NCBI GenBank assembly: GCA_019721075.1
Contig: JAHEAD010000001.1
Span: forward strand, 186,001 to 250,000
Reading direction: 5' to 3'
Length of the DNA: 64,000 nt
Origin: Candidatus Sysuiplasma jiujiangense
GTDB lineage: Archaea > Thermoplasmatota > Thermoplasmata > Sysuiplasmatales > Sysuiplasmataceae
The first letter of the stretch is position 1. Every line of letters starts with the position of its first letter. The position numbers and the translations under genes are program-made. The notes beneath the pieces were generated by a model. The model saw only the letters and a program-made list of their open reading frames with translations, was not told the origin of the DNA and did not search any database. Positions 41,113-49,987 of this stretch are shown one piece after another.

Positions 41113-42519
41113 TCACCCGACTGATCCCGTCATCTCAAGCTGTATTAGCCTGTTGAGCTCAACAGCATATTCCATCGGTAGCTCCTTTGAAAACACATCG
41201 AGGAATCCCATGACAATCATATTAAGCGCATCTGCTTCGCTCAGCCCCCTTGACATGAGATAGAAGAGTTGCTCTTCGCTGATCTTTCCGACGGTTGCTT
41301 CATGTGTTGTCGAAGCCGTCTCCTCATTGATGGTGTTGTACGGGTAGGTATCTGTCCTGGACTTCTCATCAAGCAGGAGTGCATCGCATCTTACGCTGCT
41401 CTTTGCATTTGTAGAGCCCTTCTCTATATGAAGGAGACCGCGGTAGGTTGTTCTTCCTCCGTCCTTGCTGACGCTCTTAGATGTTATTCTTGAAGTTGTC
41501 TCAGGTGCAAAATGCAGTATCTTCGCGCCCGCATCCTGGTGCTGATCCCTGCCTGCAAATGCGACTGATATCACTTCCCCCTTGGCCCTCGGGCCGAGAA
41601 GGTAGACAGACGGATATTTCATCGTAAGTTTTGACCCGAGGTTACCGTCAATCCATTCCACGGTGGCATCCTCATGTGCGAATGCCCTCTTTGTCACCAG
41701 ATTATATACGTTGTTGGACCAGTTCTGTATCGTTGTGTAGCGTACATAGGCACCCTTCTTTGCTATGATCTCCACAACTGCAGAATGCAGCGAGTCCTTG
41801 GAATATACAGGCGCAGTGCATCCCTCTATGTAGTGCACCCGGCTGTTCTTCTCCGCAATAATGAGCGTTCTTTCAAACTGACCGACGCTCTTCGCGTTTA
41901 TCCTGAAATATGCCTGCAGCGGTATATCAACTTCCACTCCTTCAGGGACATATATGAAACTGCCTCCACTCCAGACTGCGCTGTTCAGCGCTGCAAATTT
42001 ATTATCCTCAGGCGGTATTATCGTTCCGAAATGTTCTCTGAATATTTCCGGGTATTCCCTGAGTCCTTCGTCCGTGCCCAGAAAAATGACGCCCTTCTTG
42101 CTTAAATCCTCCCTGATCTTGTGATAGACGACTTCGCTGTCATATTGAGCGCCGACGCCGCCAAGAAACTTCTTTTCAGCTTCGGGTATTCCCAGCTTGT
42201 CGAATGTCCTCTTCACATAGTCGGGCACGTCGTCCCAGCTGTCACTGTTCTTCCCTGACGGTGCCATGTAGTAGTAGATGTCGTTGAAATCAATCTCCTT
42301 TAGATCCTCGCCCCAGGGGGGTAGCGGTTTCTTGTAGAAAATGTCAAGAGATCTGAGCCTGAAATTTTTCATCCATTCAGGTTCCTTTTTAAATCTGGAG
42401 ATGGCCTCCACTACCTCTCTGTTAAGGCCCTTCTGCGTCTGAAATACGTACTTTGCGTCCTCATCATGGAAGCCGTATCTGCTGTAGTCACGATCCATTC
42501 CCTGTTCATTTATTACCAT
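41113..42519 (-). CDS. sufB: Fe-S cluster assembly protein SufB
   Basis: [33 protein letters not shown] and HEATV motifs. Confidence 0.97.
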   Translation of the reverse strand: MVINEQGMDRDYSRYGFHDEDAKYVFQTQKGLNREVVEAISRFKKEPEWMKNFRLRSLDIFYKKPLPPWGEDLKEIDFNDIYYYMAPSGKNSDSWDDVPDYVKRTFDKLGIPEAEKKFLGGVGAQYDSEVVYHKIREDLSKKGVIFLGTDEGLREYPEIFREHFGTIIPPEDNKFAALNSAVWSGGSFIYVPEGVEVDIPLQAYFRINAKSVGQFERTLIIAEKNSRVHYIEGCTAPVYSKDSLHSAVVEIIAKKGAYVRYTTIQNWSNNVYNLVTKRAFAHEDATVEWIDGNLGSKLTMKYPSVYLLGPRAKGEVISVAFAGRDQHQDAGAKILHFAPETTSRITSKSVSKDGGRTTYRGLLHIEKGSTNAKSSVRCDALLLDEKSRTDTYPYNTINEETASTTHEATVGKISEEQLFYLMSRGLSEADALNMIVMGFLDVFSKELPMEYAVELNRLIQLEMTGSVG

Positions 42520-42568
42520 TTTATCTCTTCTCCTCAGCATTCATCGTCACACAATTGAAACAGTGATC

Positions 42569-43990
42569 CTAATAACGCGGCATCGCAGGGTCCACCTTCT
42601 CCGCCCATGCGTTAATCCCTCCCTTCAAGTTCTTTACCTTTCGGAACCCTATATCCTTCATGAAGTTCAGTGCATATGCACTTCTCTGCCCCACCTTGCA
42701 GTACAGAACAATCTCATCGGCCGTGCTAAGCTCGCTGACCCTTGTGGGTATATCGTTGAGTGGAATCAGTCTAGACCCTTCGATGCGGCATATCTCCCAT
42801 TCCTGCGGCTCCCTGACATCGACAAGCACAATATGCTCTCCTTCCCTCATCCTTCTGCTCAGCTCTTCGGGGGAAATACTGTCCTGCTCGTTCTGTTCGT
42901 CGTGCCTAATACCGCAGAATTGTTCATAATCGATGAGTTCTCTGATGGTCGGATTTTCGCCGCACACGGGGCAGCCTGGATTTTTTCTGAGCTTGAGCTC
43001 CTTGAAGCGCATCTTCATTGCGTCGAACAGGAGAAGCCGGCCAATGAGAGGTTCCCCTTCACCCAGTATGAGTTTTATTGCCTCCATGGCTTGGAGTGTC
43101 CCGATGGTCCCCGGAAGGACGCCGACAACTCCGCCTTCTGCGCATGACGGAACGAGACCCGGGGGCGGTGGACTTTCGTAAAGGCACCTGTAGCAAGGCC
43201 CCTGCTTTGCATCAAAAACAGATACCTGCCCCTCAAACCTGTAAATTGAACCGTATACATTTGGCTTTCCCAGCAGAACACATGCGTCATTTACGAGATA
43301 GCGGGTTGGAAAATTATCGGTTCCATCAATAACGATGTCGTATTTGCCTATTATGTCTATGGCATTCAGTGAATTAAGCTGAACCTCATGCTTCACAACT
43401 TTAATGCCTGGGTTTATTCCCTTGATCTTCTCTTCGGCAGAGTCAATCTTCTTTCTTCCGACGTCCTTCTGGGAATGAATAATCTGCCTCTGCAGATTGC
43501 TGAAATCAACCGTGTCGAAATCCACTATTCCCAGTGTTCCGACGCCGGCCGCAGCGAGATAAAGCAGCAGCGGGGAACCCAAGCCGCCAGCTCCTATAAC
43601 AAGAACCTTAGCCCGTTTCAGTTTTAGCTGACCTTCGAGTCCTACTTCCGGCAGAAGCAGGTGTCTGCTGTATCGCTGTATATCTTCATATGTAAATTCG
43701 CTCGCCACGCTGCTCGAGCCGCCCGCGATCGAGGGGATTATTGAAACGATGTCTCCTTCCTTGACGGACGTCCTGCCTCTTTCCAGATAACGTATGTCCT
43801 CTTCATTGAGATACACGTTGACGAAATTCCGCATCTTTCCGTTTTCGTCAAAAATGTGATGCCTGAGCTGCGGGCTAGATCCTGCCAGCTTCTGCAGCAC
43901 TTCATCAACATTTGACCCCTCGACCTCCACTGATTCGGAGTTTCCGACGTACTGCCTGAGCGGTGTTGGTATCATTACCCTGACTTTCAT
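42569..43990 (-). CDS. Three-domain fusion: MoaD/CysO/SAMP-type ubiquitin-like domain (91 aa, ends IAGG), MoeB/E1 adenylyltransferase and rhodanese
   Basis: The beta-grasp domain MKVRVMIPTPLRQY...VNVYLNEEDIR...IIPSIAGG continues in frame into RYSRHLLL, GAGGLG, SNLQRQ, CYRC, PSCAEGG, CPVC and rhodanese YCKVGQRS. ATG 43990 overlaps the cysM stop (ATGA). Confidence 0.93.
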   Translation of the reverse strand: MKVRVMIPTPLRQYVGNSESVEVEGSNVDEVLQKLAGSSPQLRHHIFDENGKMRNFVNVYLNEEDIRYLERGRTSVKEGDIVSIIPSIAGGSSSVASEFTYEDIQRYSRHLLLPEVGLEGQLKLKRAKVLVIGAGGLGSPLLLYLAAAGVGTLGIVDFDTVDFSNLQRQIIHSQKDVGRKKIDSAEEKIKGINPGIKVVKHEVQLNSLNAIDIIGKYDIVIDGTDNFPTRYLVNDACVLLGKPNVYGSIYRFEGQVSVFDAKQGPCYRCLYESPPPPGLVPSCAEGGVVGVLPGTIGTLQAMEAIKLILGEGEPLIGRLLLFDAMKMRFKELKLRKNPGCPVCGENPTIRELIDYEQFCGIRHDEQNEQDSISPEELSRRMREGEHIVLVDVREPQEWEICRIEGSRLIPLNDIPTRVSELSTADEIVLYCKVGQRSAYALNFMKDIGFRKVKNLKGGINAWAEKVDPAMPRY

Positions 43991-44919
43991 AAACTCGCCT
44001 CCCAGAATCTCTCGGCCAGATAGCGCTGACCGCTGTCGGGAAAGATTGTAACAATGCTGCTCGGCCCTTCCCTCTCGGACAGTTCCATGCATGCCTTAAG
44101 GACGGCTCCGGAACTGACACCAATCAGGAGTCCTTCCTTCCTTGCTGCCTCAATAACTGTTTTCTGCGCGTCTTCTGTTCTGACGAAAATATGCTCGTCT
44201 GCAAGTCTTTCATCATAAATACCCGGTTTAATCGACGAGTCCATTCTCTTCAGACCCTCTATTCCATGGAGAGGGCTGTCCGGTTCCACCGCTATTGTCT
44301 TTACACCAGGGATGCGCTCTTTGAGAATCCTGCTCGTTCCGGTAAAGGTGCCTCCGGTTCCCAAGCCAGCGACAAAATAATCGACATGCCCTCCTGTCTG
44401 CCTGATTATTTCCTGCCCTGTACCCCTGTAATGTGCAAGCCAGTTGTTCCTGTTGTTATACTGGTCTGCATAATAATAGAGTTCGGGATTTTCTGAATAC
44501 ATCTTTTTCGCAAGCCGCTGAGCCCCATCCGTTCCTTCCATTGGATCGCTGAGTATCACCTCGGATCCGTATGCTCTCAGCATTTCAAGTTTTTCCTTGC
44601 CGACATTTCCCGGGACTACAATGGCTGACCTGAATCCCCTGACAGCACATATCATCGAGTATGCGATGCCTGTATTGCCTGACGAAGCGTCAAGGAGAAT
44701 CTTTTCCTCCGTCAGGCTGCCGCTCTTCACAGCGTCCTCAATGATAGCGCATGCTGCCCTGTCCTTCACGCTGCCTCCCGGATTGAACCATTCTGCCTTT
44801 GCAAAAACGCTTGTAGCGCTTGAACCTGAAAACATTCGTTCAAGCTTTATAAGGGGAGTATTTCCGATTCTGGAAAGAATGTTTTCGCCGTATTCCAGTC
44901 TGAGATCGTTGCATATCAT
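43987..44919 (-). CDS. cysM: PLP-dependent cysteine synthase (CysM/O-phosphoserine sulfhydrylase-like)
   Basis: IGNTPL, NPGGSVKDR, SSGNTG, GLGTGGT and FPDSGQRYL motifs. ATG 44919 overlaps the sufU stop. Confidence 0.9.
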   Translation of the reverse strand: MICNDLRLEYGENILSRIGNTPLIKLERMFSGSSATSVFAKAEWFNPGGSVKDRAACAIIEDAVKSGSLTEEKILLDASSGNTGIAYSMICAVRGFRSAIVVPGNVGKEKLEMLRAYGSEVILSDPMEGTDGAQRLAKKMYSENPELYYYADQYNNRNNWLAHYRGTGQEIIRQTGGHVDYFVAGLGTGGTFTGTSRILKERIPGVKTIAVEPDSPLHGIEGLKRMDSSIKPGIYDERLADEHIFVRTEDAQKTVIEAARKEGLLIGVSSGAVLKACMELSEREGPSSIVTIFPDSGQRYLAERFWEASL

Positions 44920-45299
44920 TGCTGCGCACCTACCCGTGTGGCTATGGCTTCCTGCAGTGTCTTGAGAGACAGTGTCGCGCACTTCATTCTGACAGCGCTC
45001 AGCGGAATGTGAAGCATCTCCCTGACAAATTCAGGGGACATCCTACCGACATCCTCAAGGCTCATCCCCTTAACATGGTCCGTAAGCATTGATGCGGATG
45101 CCTGGCTTATCGCACACCCTCTGCCGTCGAATGCAATATCACTGATAGCACCGTTCTCCACCTTGACATAAATAGTGATATCGTCCCCGCAAACCGGATT
45201 ATTGCCATGGCTGAACAAGTCCGGCTTTTCTATCTGCTTCTTGTTGTGGGGGCTCTTGTAATGTTCAATTATCTCTTCCTGGTAAATGTCAAATGCCAT
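44916..45299 (-). CDS. sufU: SufU/IscU-type sulfur-transfer or scaffold protein
   Basis: NPVCGD, GCAISQASAS and RMKCA; three conserved Cys. Confidence 0.92.
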   Translation of the reverse strand: MAFDIYQEEIIEHYKSPHNKKQIEKPDLFSHGNNPVCGDDITIYVKVENGAISDIAFDGRGCAISQASASMLTDHVKGMSLEDVGRMSPEFVREMLHIPLSAVRMKCATLSLKTLQEAIATRVGAQQ

Positions 45300-45312
45300 C
45301 TTTACACTCCGT

Positions 45313-46068
45313 TCAGTTGGTTATTTCCGGTTCTTTGAGCCAGTCATAACCCTTTTCCTCAAGTTCCTTTGCAAGTTCTTTCCCGCCGCTCTTGACGACG
45401 CGACCGTCAACAACCACATGCACGAAATCCGGCGTTATGTACTGAAGGAGGCGCTGGTAATGGGTAACGAGTATCAGACCGATGTCCGGTCCTGCCATTG
45501 AATTGATTGCCGATGCAACAATCCTGAGTGAATCGATGTCCAGCCCGCTGTCCGTCTCATCGAGTATGCCAAACTTTGGCTGTAGGATTGCCATCTGCAG
45601 AACCTCAGCCCTCTTTTTTTCTCCTCCGGAGAAACCCTCATTTAGCGACCTGCCGATGAAGTTTTCGTCAATGCCTAGCTGATTTACCTTCTCTTTGAGA
45701 AGTCTGAAGAATTTTGTCGGACTCAGCGGATTTGCAGGATGAGCACTGTTATAAGCTATCCTCAGAAAATTACCCAGGCGTACGCCGGGGACCTCTACTG
45801 GGTACTGAAAACCCAGAAAAAGTCCAGCCCTTGCCCTCTTGTCCGATGTCATCGCCAGGATGTCCTGCCCATCGAGCAAAATCTGACCGCCGGCAATCTG
45901 ATACTTAGGGTGACCCATCAGGGCATAGCTCATCGTACTTTTGCCGGAGCCGTTAGGGCCCATTATTGCATGTATCTCTCCCTGCCTGACAGTAAGATTT
46001 ATTCCCTTGAGTATCTGTTTTCCTTCTATGTTTACCTTCAGTTCCCTGATTTCGAGTTCCGATGTCAT
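45313..46068 (-). CDS. sufC: Fe-S cluster assembly ATPase SufC
   Basis: GPNGSGKST, FQYPVEVPGV, NEGFSGGEKKR and LDETDSGLD motifs. Confidence 0.97.
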   Translation of the reverse strand: MTSELEIRELKVNIEGKQILKGINLTVRQGEIHAIMGPNGSGKSTMSYALMGHPKYQIAGGQILLDGQDILAMTSDKRARAGLFLGFQYPVEVPGVRLGNFLRIAYNSAHPANPLSPTKFFRLLKEKVNQLGIDENFIGRSLNEGFSGGEKKRAEVLQMAILQPKFGILDETDSGLDIDSLRIVASAINSMAGPDIGLILVTHYQRLLQYITPDFVHVVVDGRVVKSGGKELAKELEEKGYDWLKEPEITN

Positions 46069-46097
46069 TCTTCATACCTCAGTTAAAGCGGGTGATA

Positions 46098-46153
46098 CAT
46101 TATTCGCATTATTCGATAAGACCCATCGTATTTAAACATATCTTAGTGTCTAA
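46098..46153. promoter_or_regulatory. Candidate operator elements in the divergent sufC/regulator promoter
   Basis: Tandem repeat CATTATTCG x2 (46098-46115) and inverted repeat TTAG-N3-CTAA (46143-46153), lying between AT-rich TATA-like boxes. Confidence 0.35.
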
Positions 46154-46201
46154 ACTGCATAAATTTAATATATGAACAGAGTGGTATGATATCAGGTCAG
46201 T

Positions 46202-46834
46202 ATGGACAATGATATATCCCTTCTTGGCGAATCAAAAACAAAGATTATCACTCTACTTGGTGCAGGTGAGCGGTCAGGGCAGGAGCTGGCAAGGCAGCTT
46301 AATATCAACACGACAGCTGTGAGGGAGCACATCGATGTCCTTGAGAGAATGGGGCTGGTTACCTCAAAGTTCGTCAATCTTGGTGTCGGCAGGCCCAGAA
46401 AAATATACAGCCTGACAACTTCCGGAATCGAACTGCTGCCCAAGCACTATGATATTCTCCTCAATCTTCTCATCAAGAAAATCCATGAGAAAGGAGGCGA
46501 CATCCTTTTGAGCCAGCTTATATCGGACGTTGTCAGGGAGTTCAAAGACAGTGTTGAAAGTACTGATTTATTGACGACAGAAATGCGCATAAAGAGCGTT
46601 GTTTCATTTCTGAACAAACTTGGGTTCATGGCTACGGTAGAGAAGGACGGTGACAAGATCTTTGTCGTCAGGCACAACTGCATTTTCAATAAGACAGCGA
46701 AACTTTATTCCGGTGTGCTGTGCAACGAGTGTGACAGTTCCTTTGTCAAGGAACCGATAGGACCGGCAGAGGTTGAGCTGATTTCCTGTATCGGAAAGGG
46801 GGACACTTCCTGCAAGAATCTTATCAAATCGTAA
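46202..46834 (+). CDS. SufR-like wHTH transcriptional regulator with a Cys-rich C-terminal domain
   Basis: ELARQLNINTTAVREHI...GRPRKIYSLT...LPKHY, then HNC, CNEC and C-x6-C. Divergent from sufC. Confidence 0.85.
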   Translation: MDNDISLLGESKTKIITLLGAGERSGQELARQLNINTTAVREHIDVLERMGLVTSKFVNLGVGRPRKIYSLTTSGIELLPKHYDILLNLLIKKIHEKGGDILLSQLISDVVREFKDSVESTDLLTTEMRIKSVVSFLNKLGFMATVEKDGDKIFVVRHNCIFNKTAKLYSGVLCNECDSSFVKEPIGPAEVELISCIGKGDTSCKNLIKS

Positions 46835-46885
46835 TTGGAAGTCCGGGAATAATTTCGAAATATGTAAAAGAAGAGTTTTATACCC

Positions 46886-47911
46886 ATGATAGGCTTTTTT
46901 AGCCATATGGAAGGTCATCGCTTCCTCAAGATAGCTACCATAGCACTTGCAGCACTGCTACTCATGCCAGTCCTTGCCTCGTCACTTGCCCTTGGAGACA
47001 ATGGGCAGAAAGACAGGGAGGTGTCGGTTGACACATCAAATGACGGATATTTTCAAATACTGTCGAAGGTCCAGGGGCAGCCAGGAAATGAGTTCGAGCT
47101 TCAGTTTGCGGGAAATACACTTCTGATGACATTCACAAACGAGTCCTCCCAGCAGAACATATCTCTTGAGTTTTCTATAAGCCTTCATAAGCTGGTATAC
47201 ACCGATTCCTCCGGCAGCAACACTACACTCATATCATTTGAGGACTCAGGATTCTCGATGATGGGCAATTCAATGCTTGGCCAGTATGCGCCGGTTAATG
47301 CCAGCGAAAAAGTTTTTGGCATACTCGCTTCAGGAAATGGCGCAATTTTCATGATGGTTGTTCAGGTGAACGGAAAGCCGGTGCAGGTAATCTCTCCTGT
47401 AACAAACAGTCCGTTTGAACTTTTCCCGAATGAGGTCAAGATCTCTTTTGTAATACTGACTACAAATCTCTCAAAGGTAATGTCGATATCACCGCTGCAG
47501 ACACCTATCAGCCAGCCACAGGGCAACATTTCCATAGTGATGAGTGTGAGTTCGCCATACGCGACACCCTATCTTTCAACATCGCAGTCCGATATACAGC
47601 TGAATTTTGGCCAGGGCAACAGCACTGGCTATTTTGCATGGAACAACAGTGCGTTCACAACCAACAGCTTAGGCAATAACTGGAACAAAAGCAGAGTAAG
47701 CTACCAGTTTAACGGGGAGGAACTTACACTTACATATCCTGCCGCGTTGAAAATAGTTCATGACCCGGTGATTGCCATTTCCCCCCAGTCCCTTTCAGGT
47801 GCCATATCTACAGCAGTCAAAGCTGCCGGGAACATAATAATATACGGAATCGCGTTGACACTCGCTGTCGTCCTTGTGGCTTCATCCTCCCTTTACAGAC
47901 GGAGACGCTAA
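46886..47911 (+). CDS. Secreted, C-terminally membrane-anchored protein of unknown function
   Basis: Signal peptide, Ser/Asn-rich beta-like body, YP...IVHDP motif, TM helix plus RRRR. Confidence 0.7.
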   Translation: MIGFFSHMEGHRFLKIATIALAALLLMPVLASSLALGDNGQKDREVSVDTSNDGYFQILSKVQGQPGNEFELQFAGNTLLMTFTNESSQQNISLEFSISLHKLVYTDSSGSNTTLISFEDSGFSMMGNSMLGQYAPVNASEKVFGILASGNGAIFMMVVQVNGKPVQVISPVTNSPFELFPNEVKISFVILTTNLSKVMSISPLQTPISQPQGNISIVMSVSSPYATPYLSTSQSDIQLNFGQGNSTGYFAWNNSAFTTNSLGNNWNKSRVSYQFNGEELTLTYPAALKIVHDPVIAISPQSLSGAISTAVKAAGNIIIYGIALTLAVVLVASSSLYRRRR

Positions 47912-47931
47912 GAGCGGCAGAATGTGTCTGA

Positions 47932-48213
47932 ATGTCCATTCTGAGCCTCGTCACTTTGCAGAATTTCGTCGCAGCATGGGTTACAGCAATAGCGCTCGTC
48001 CTTTTTCTCATATCGGTGATTGCATACAGACGCAGCCGCAATTCAAGAATCGGGATTGTTTCTGCAGCCTTCTTCCTGTTCTTCATTGAGGGCATCGTTT
48101 TCACATATCAGCTGTTTGACCAGTATTTTGCTCTCTCTGCATTTTTCATCATCGTCGGTGTGATGGATATAGGCATACTGTTGCTCATTTTTGCAGCAAC
48201 TCTGAAGAAGTAG
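47932..48213 (+). CDS. Small 3-TM membrane protein
   Basis: Three hydrophobic helices with an AYRRSRNSR loop. Confidence 0.7.
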   Translation: MSILSLVTLQNFVAAWVTAIALVLFLISVIAYRRSRNSRIGIVSAAFFLFFIEGIVFTYQLFDQYFALSAFFIIVGVMDIGILLLIFAATLKK

Positions 48214-48225
48214 GAGTGTTGCCTG

Positions 48226-48777
48226 ATGGACGATGATGTCCTGGAACTGGAGACAAGGAGAAAAATCTACGACGAAGTCTGTCGTTTTCCAGGCCTCCAT
48301 CTCAGAGAGCTTTCCCGGCAACTGAATGAGAGTGTTCCGCTGATAGAATATCACCTCAACTTTATGGAAAGATACGGAATTGTGACAGCAATAACAGATG
48401 GCCAGTACAGGCGTTATTATCCGCGGGATCCTATCGGCTCAGAGAAAAGGACAGACACTCTTTCATCCGACGAAAAGAGAATAATGGGACTCATGAGACA
48501 GAAAATACCGCTACAGATCGTTCTTTACCTGCTGAAAAACGGGAAAGGACAGCATAAAGACATGCTTCCCTTGATGAATGTTTCTGCGTCAACGCTTTCA
48601 CATCACCTCAATAAACTCGCCAGAAGAGGCGTTGTGGAAAAGATAGCCTCTGGGGTGGAAAGAGGATACAGGATCAGGGACGAGAACAAAATCGTAAAAC
48701 TGCTTATGAGCTATCAACCCCCTCCCGGAACAATAGTGGACAGTTTCATAGAGATCTGGGAAGAGCTGAAGCAGTAA
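48226..48777 (+). CDS. Tandem winged-HTH transcriptional regulator (COG3398-like)
   Basis: LELETRRKIY...PGLHLRELSR...EYHL and a second HTH SASTLSHHLNKL. Confidence 0.85.
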   Translation: MDDDVLELETRRKIYDEVCRFPGLHLRELSRQLNESVPLIEYHLNFMERYGIVTAITDGQYRRYYPRDPIGSEKRTDTLSSDEKRIMGLMRQKIPLQIVLYLLKNGKGQHKDMLPLMNVSASTLSHHLNKLARRGVVEKIASGVERGYRIRDENKIVKLLMSYQPPPGTIVDSFIEIWEELKQ

Positions 48778-48845
48778 ACTTCGGATATCTTAAAATAATC
48801 TTTGGAAGTCTGATTAGTACCTTGATGCGGACGAAGGGCTTTTGA

Positions 48846-49322
48846 ATGAAAATTTCAATAGATGGCTGGGAAACAGGAATCAAATTTGTGGCGGGCCACT
48901 TTCTGCCCACGATAGAGAAGTGCAGCAGGCTTCACGGTCATAACTATGCTATGGGCCTGATAATTGAGGGCGAACCGGACAGGAACGGCATAATACTCGA
49001 TTTCATTGAGCTGAAGAAAGCTGCCCACCGGATTGTTGACAGTATCGACCATAAAATGGTTCTTCCATCAGACGGTACGTCGATGAAAATAACGAAGTTC
49101 GGTGAAGAGTATACCGTCAAATTTAACGGCAAGAGATACGTCATTCCGGCATCGGATGTGGTAATCCTGCCATTGATAAACGTAAGCGCAGAAGAACTCT
49201 CGAGATACTTTGCATTTGAACTCAAGAAGATCGGCGTCTTCGGAAAAAATATTTACTCGTTCACGGTGATCGTTTCGGAAGGAAGGGGACAGGAGGCATT
49301 GTGGGAGGAAAGGTTAAGGTGA
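48846..49322 (+). CDS. queD: 6-carboxytetrahydropterin synthase
   Basis: F.AGHFL, C.RLHGHNY, DH and SAEEL motifs. Confidence 0.92.
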   Translation: MKISIDGWETGIKFVAGHFLPTIEKCSRLHGHNYAMGLIIEGEPDRNGIILDFIELKKAAHRIVDSIDHKMVLPSDGTSMKITKFGEEYTVKFNGKRYVIPASDVVILPLINVSAEELSRYFAFELKKIGVFGKNIYSFTVIVSEGRGQEALWEERLR

Positions 49323-49987
49323 CTGATGCTGTTCTTCTCCTCTCAGGAGGGCTTGATTCGACGACGGTGGCTGCACTCCTCTCCTCGGAAAAATATTCAA
49401 TCAGGGCCCTTACTCTAAATTACGGCCAGAGGCATTCAAAGGAGCTGGAATCGGCTAAGAGAGTTGCCAGATACTACAGCGTTGAAGAACACATCATTAT
49501 TGATCTAGATCTTTCCCTTATAGGGGGAAGTGCGCTCACCGACAGCTCAACACCTTTGCCTGCTGCAGGTGCTGCCGGCATACCCTCCACCTATGTTCCT
49601 GCAAGAAATACTGTTTTCCTTTCCATTGCGCTTGGTCTGGCTGAAGCCAGAGGTTGCAGATTGATCTATACAGGAGTAAATGCGGTTGACTACAGCGGTT
49701 ATCCGGATTGTCGCCCCGAGTTCATTGATGAGTTCAACAGGCTCTCTGCTGTGGCAACAAAGGTAGGTGTCGAAAAAAGAGCAATAAAAGTGATTGCTCC
49801 ACTGATTAAAATGGAAAAATCCGATATTGTCAGGTTGGGCAAAGCGAAAGGAGCGCCATACGAGTTGACTTGGAGCTGTTACAAAGGGGGGAAAAGAGCC
49901 TGCGGCGTTTGCGATTCGTGCGTTTTGAGGCTGAAGGGATTCAGGGACGCCGGAATAGAGGACCCTGTCGAATATGAAAATAAATGA
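49319..49987 (+). CDS. queC: 7-cyano-7-deazaguanine synthase
   Basis: SGGLDS, TYVPARN, GYPDCR and TWSCY...CGVCDSC motifs; GTGA overlap with queD. Confidence 0.96.
   Translation: MTDAVLLLSGGLDSTTVAALLSSEKYSIRALTLNYGQRHSKELESAKRVARYYSVEEHIIIDLDLSLIGGSALTDSSTPLPAAGAAGIPSTYVPARNTVFLSIALGLAEARGCRLIYTGVNAVDYSGYPDCRPEFIDEFNRLSAVATKVGVEKRAIKVIAPLIKMEKSDIVRLGKAKGAPYELTWSCYKGGKRACGVCDSCVLRLKGFRDAGIEDPVEYENK

Noticed and set aside
43991..44092. N-terminal extensions in the ORF track for the Ubl-E1 fusion (also cysM, glnA and the MFS genes)
   Set aside because: They overlap neighbouring genes or promoters. Downstream starts with ATGA coupling or SD sequences fit better.
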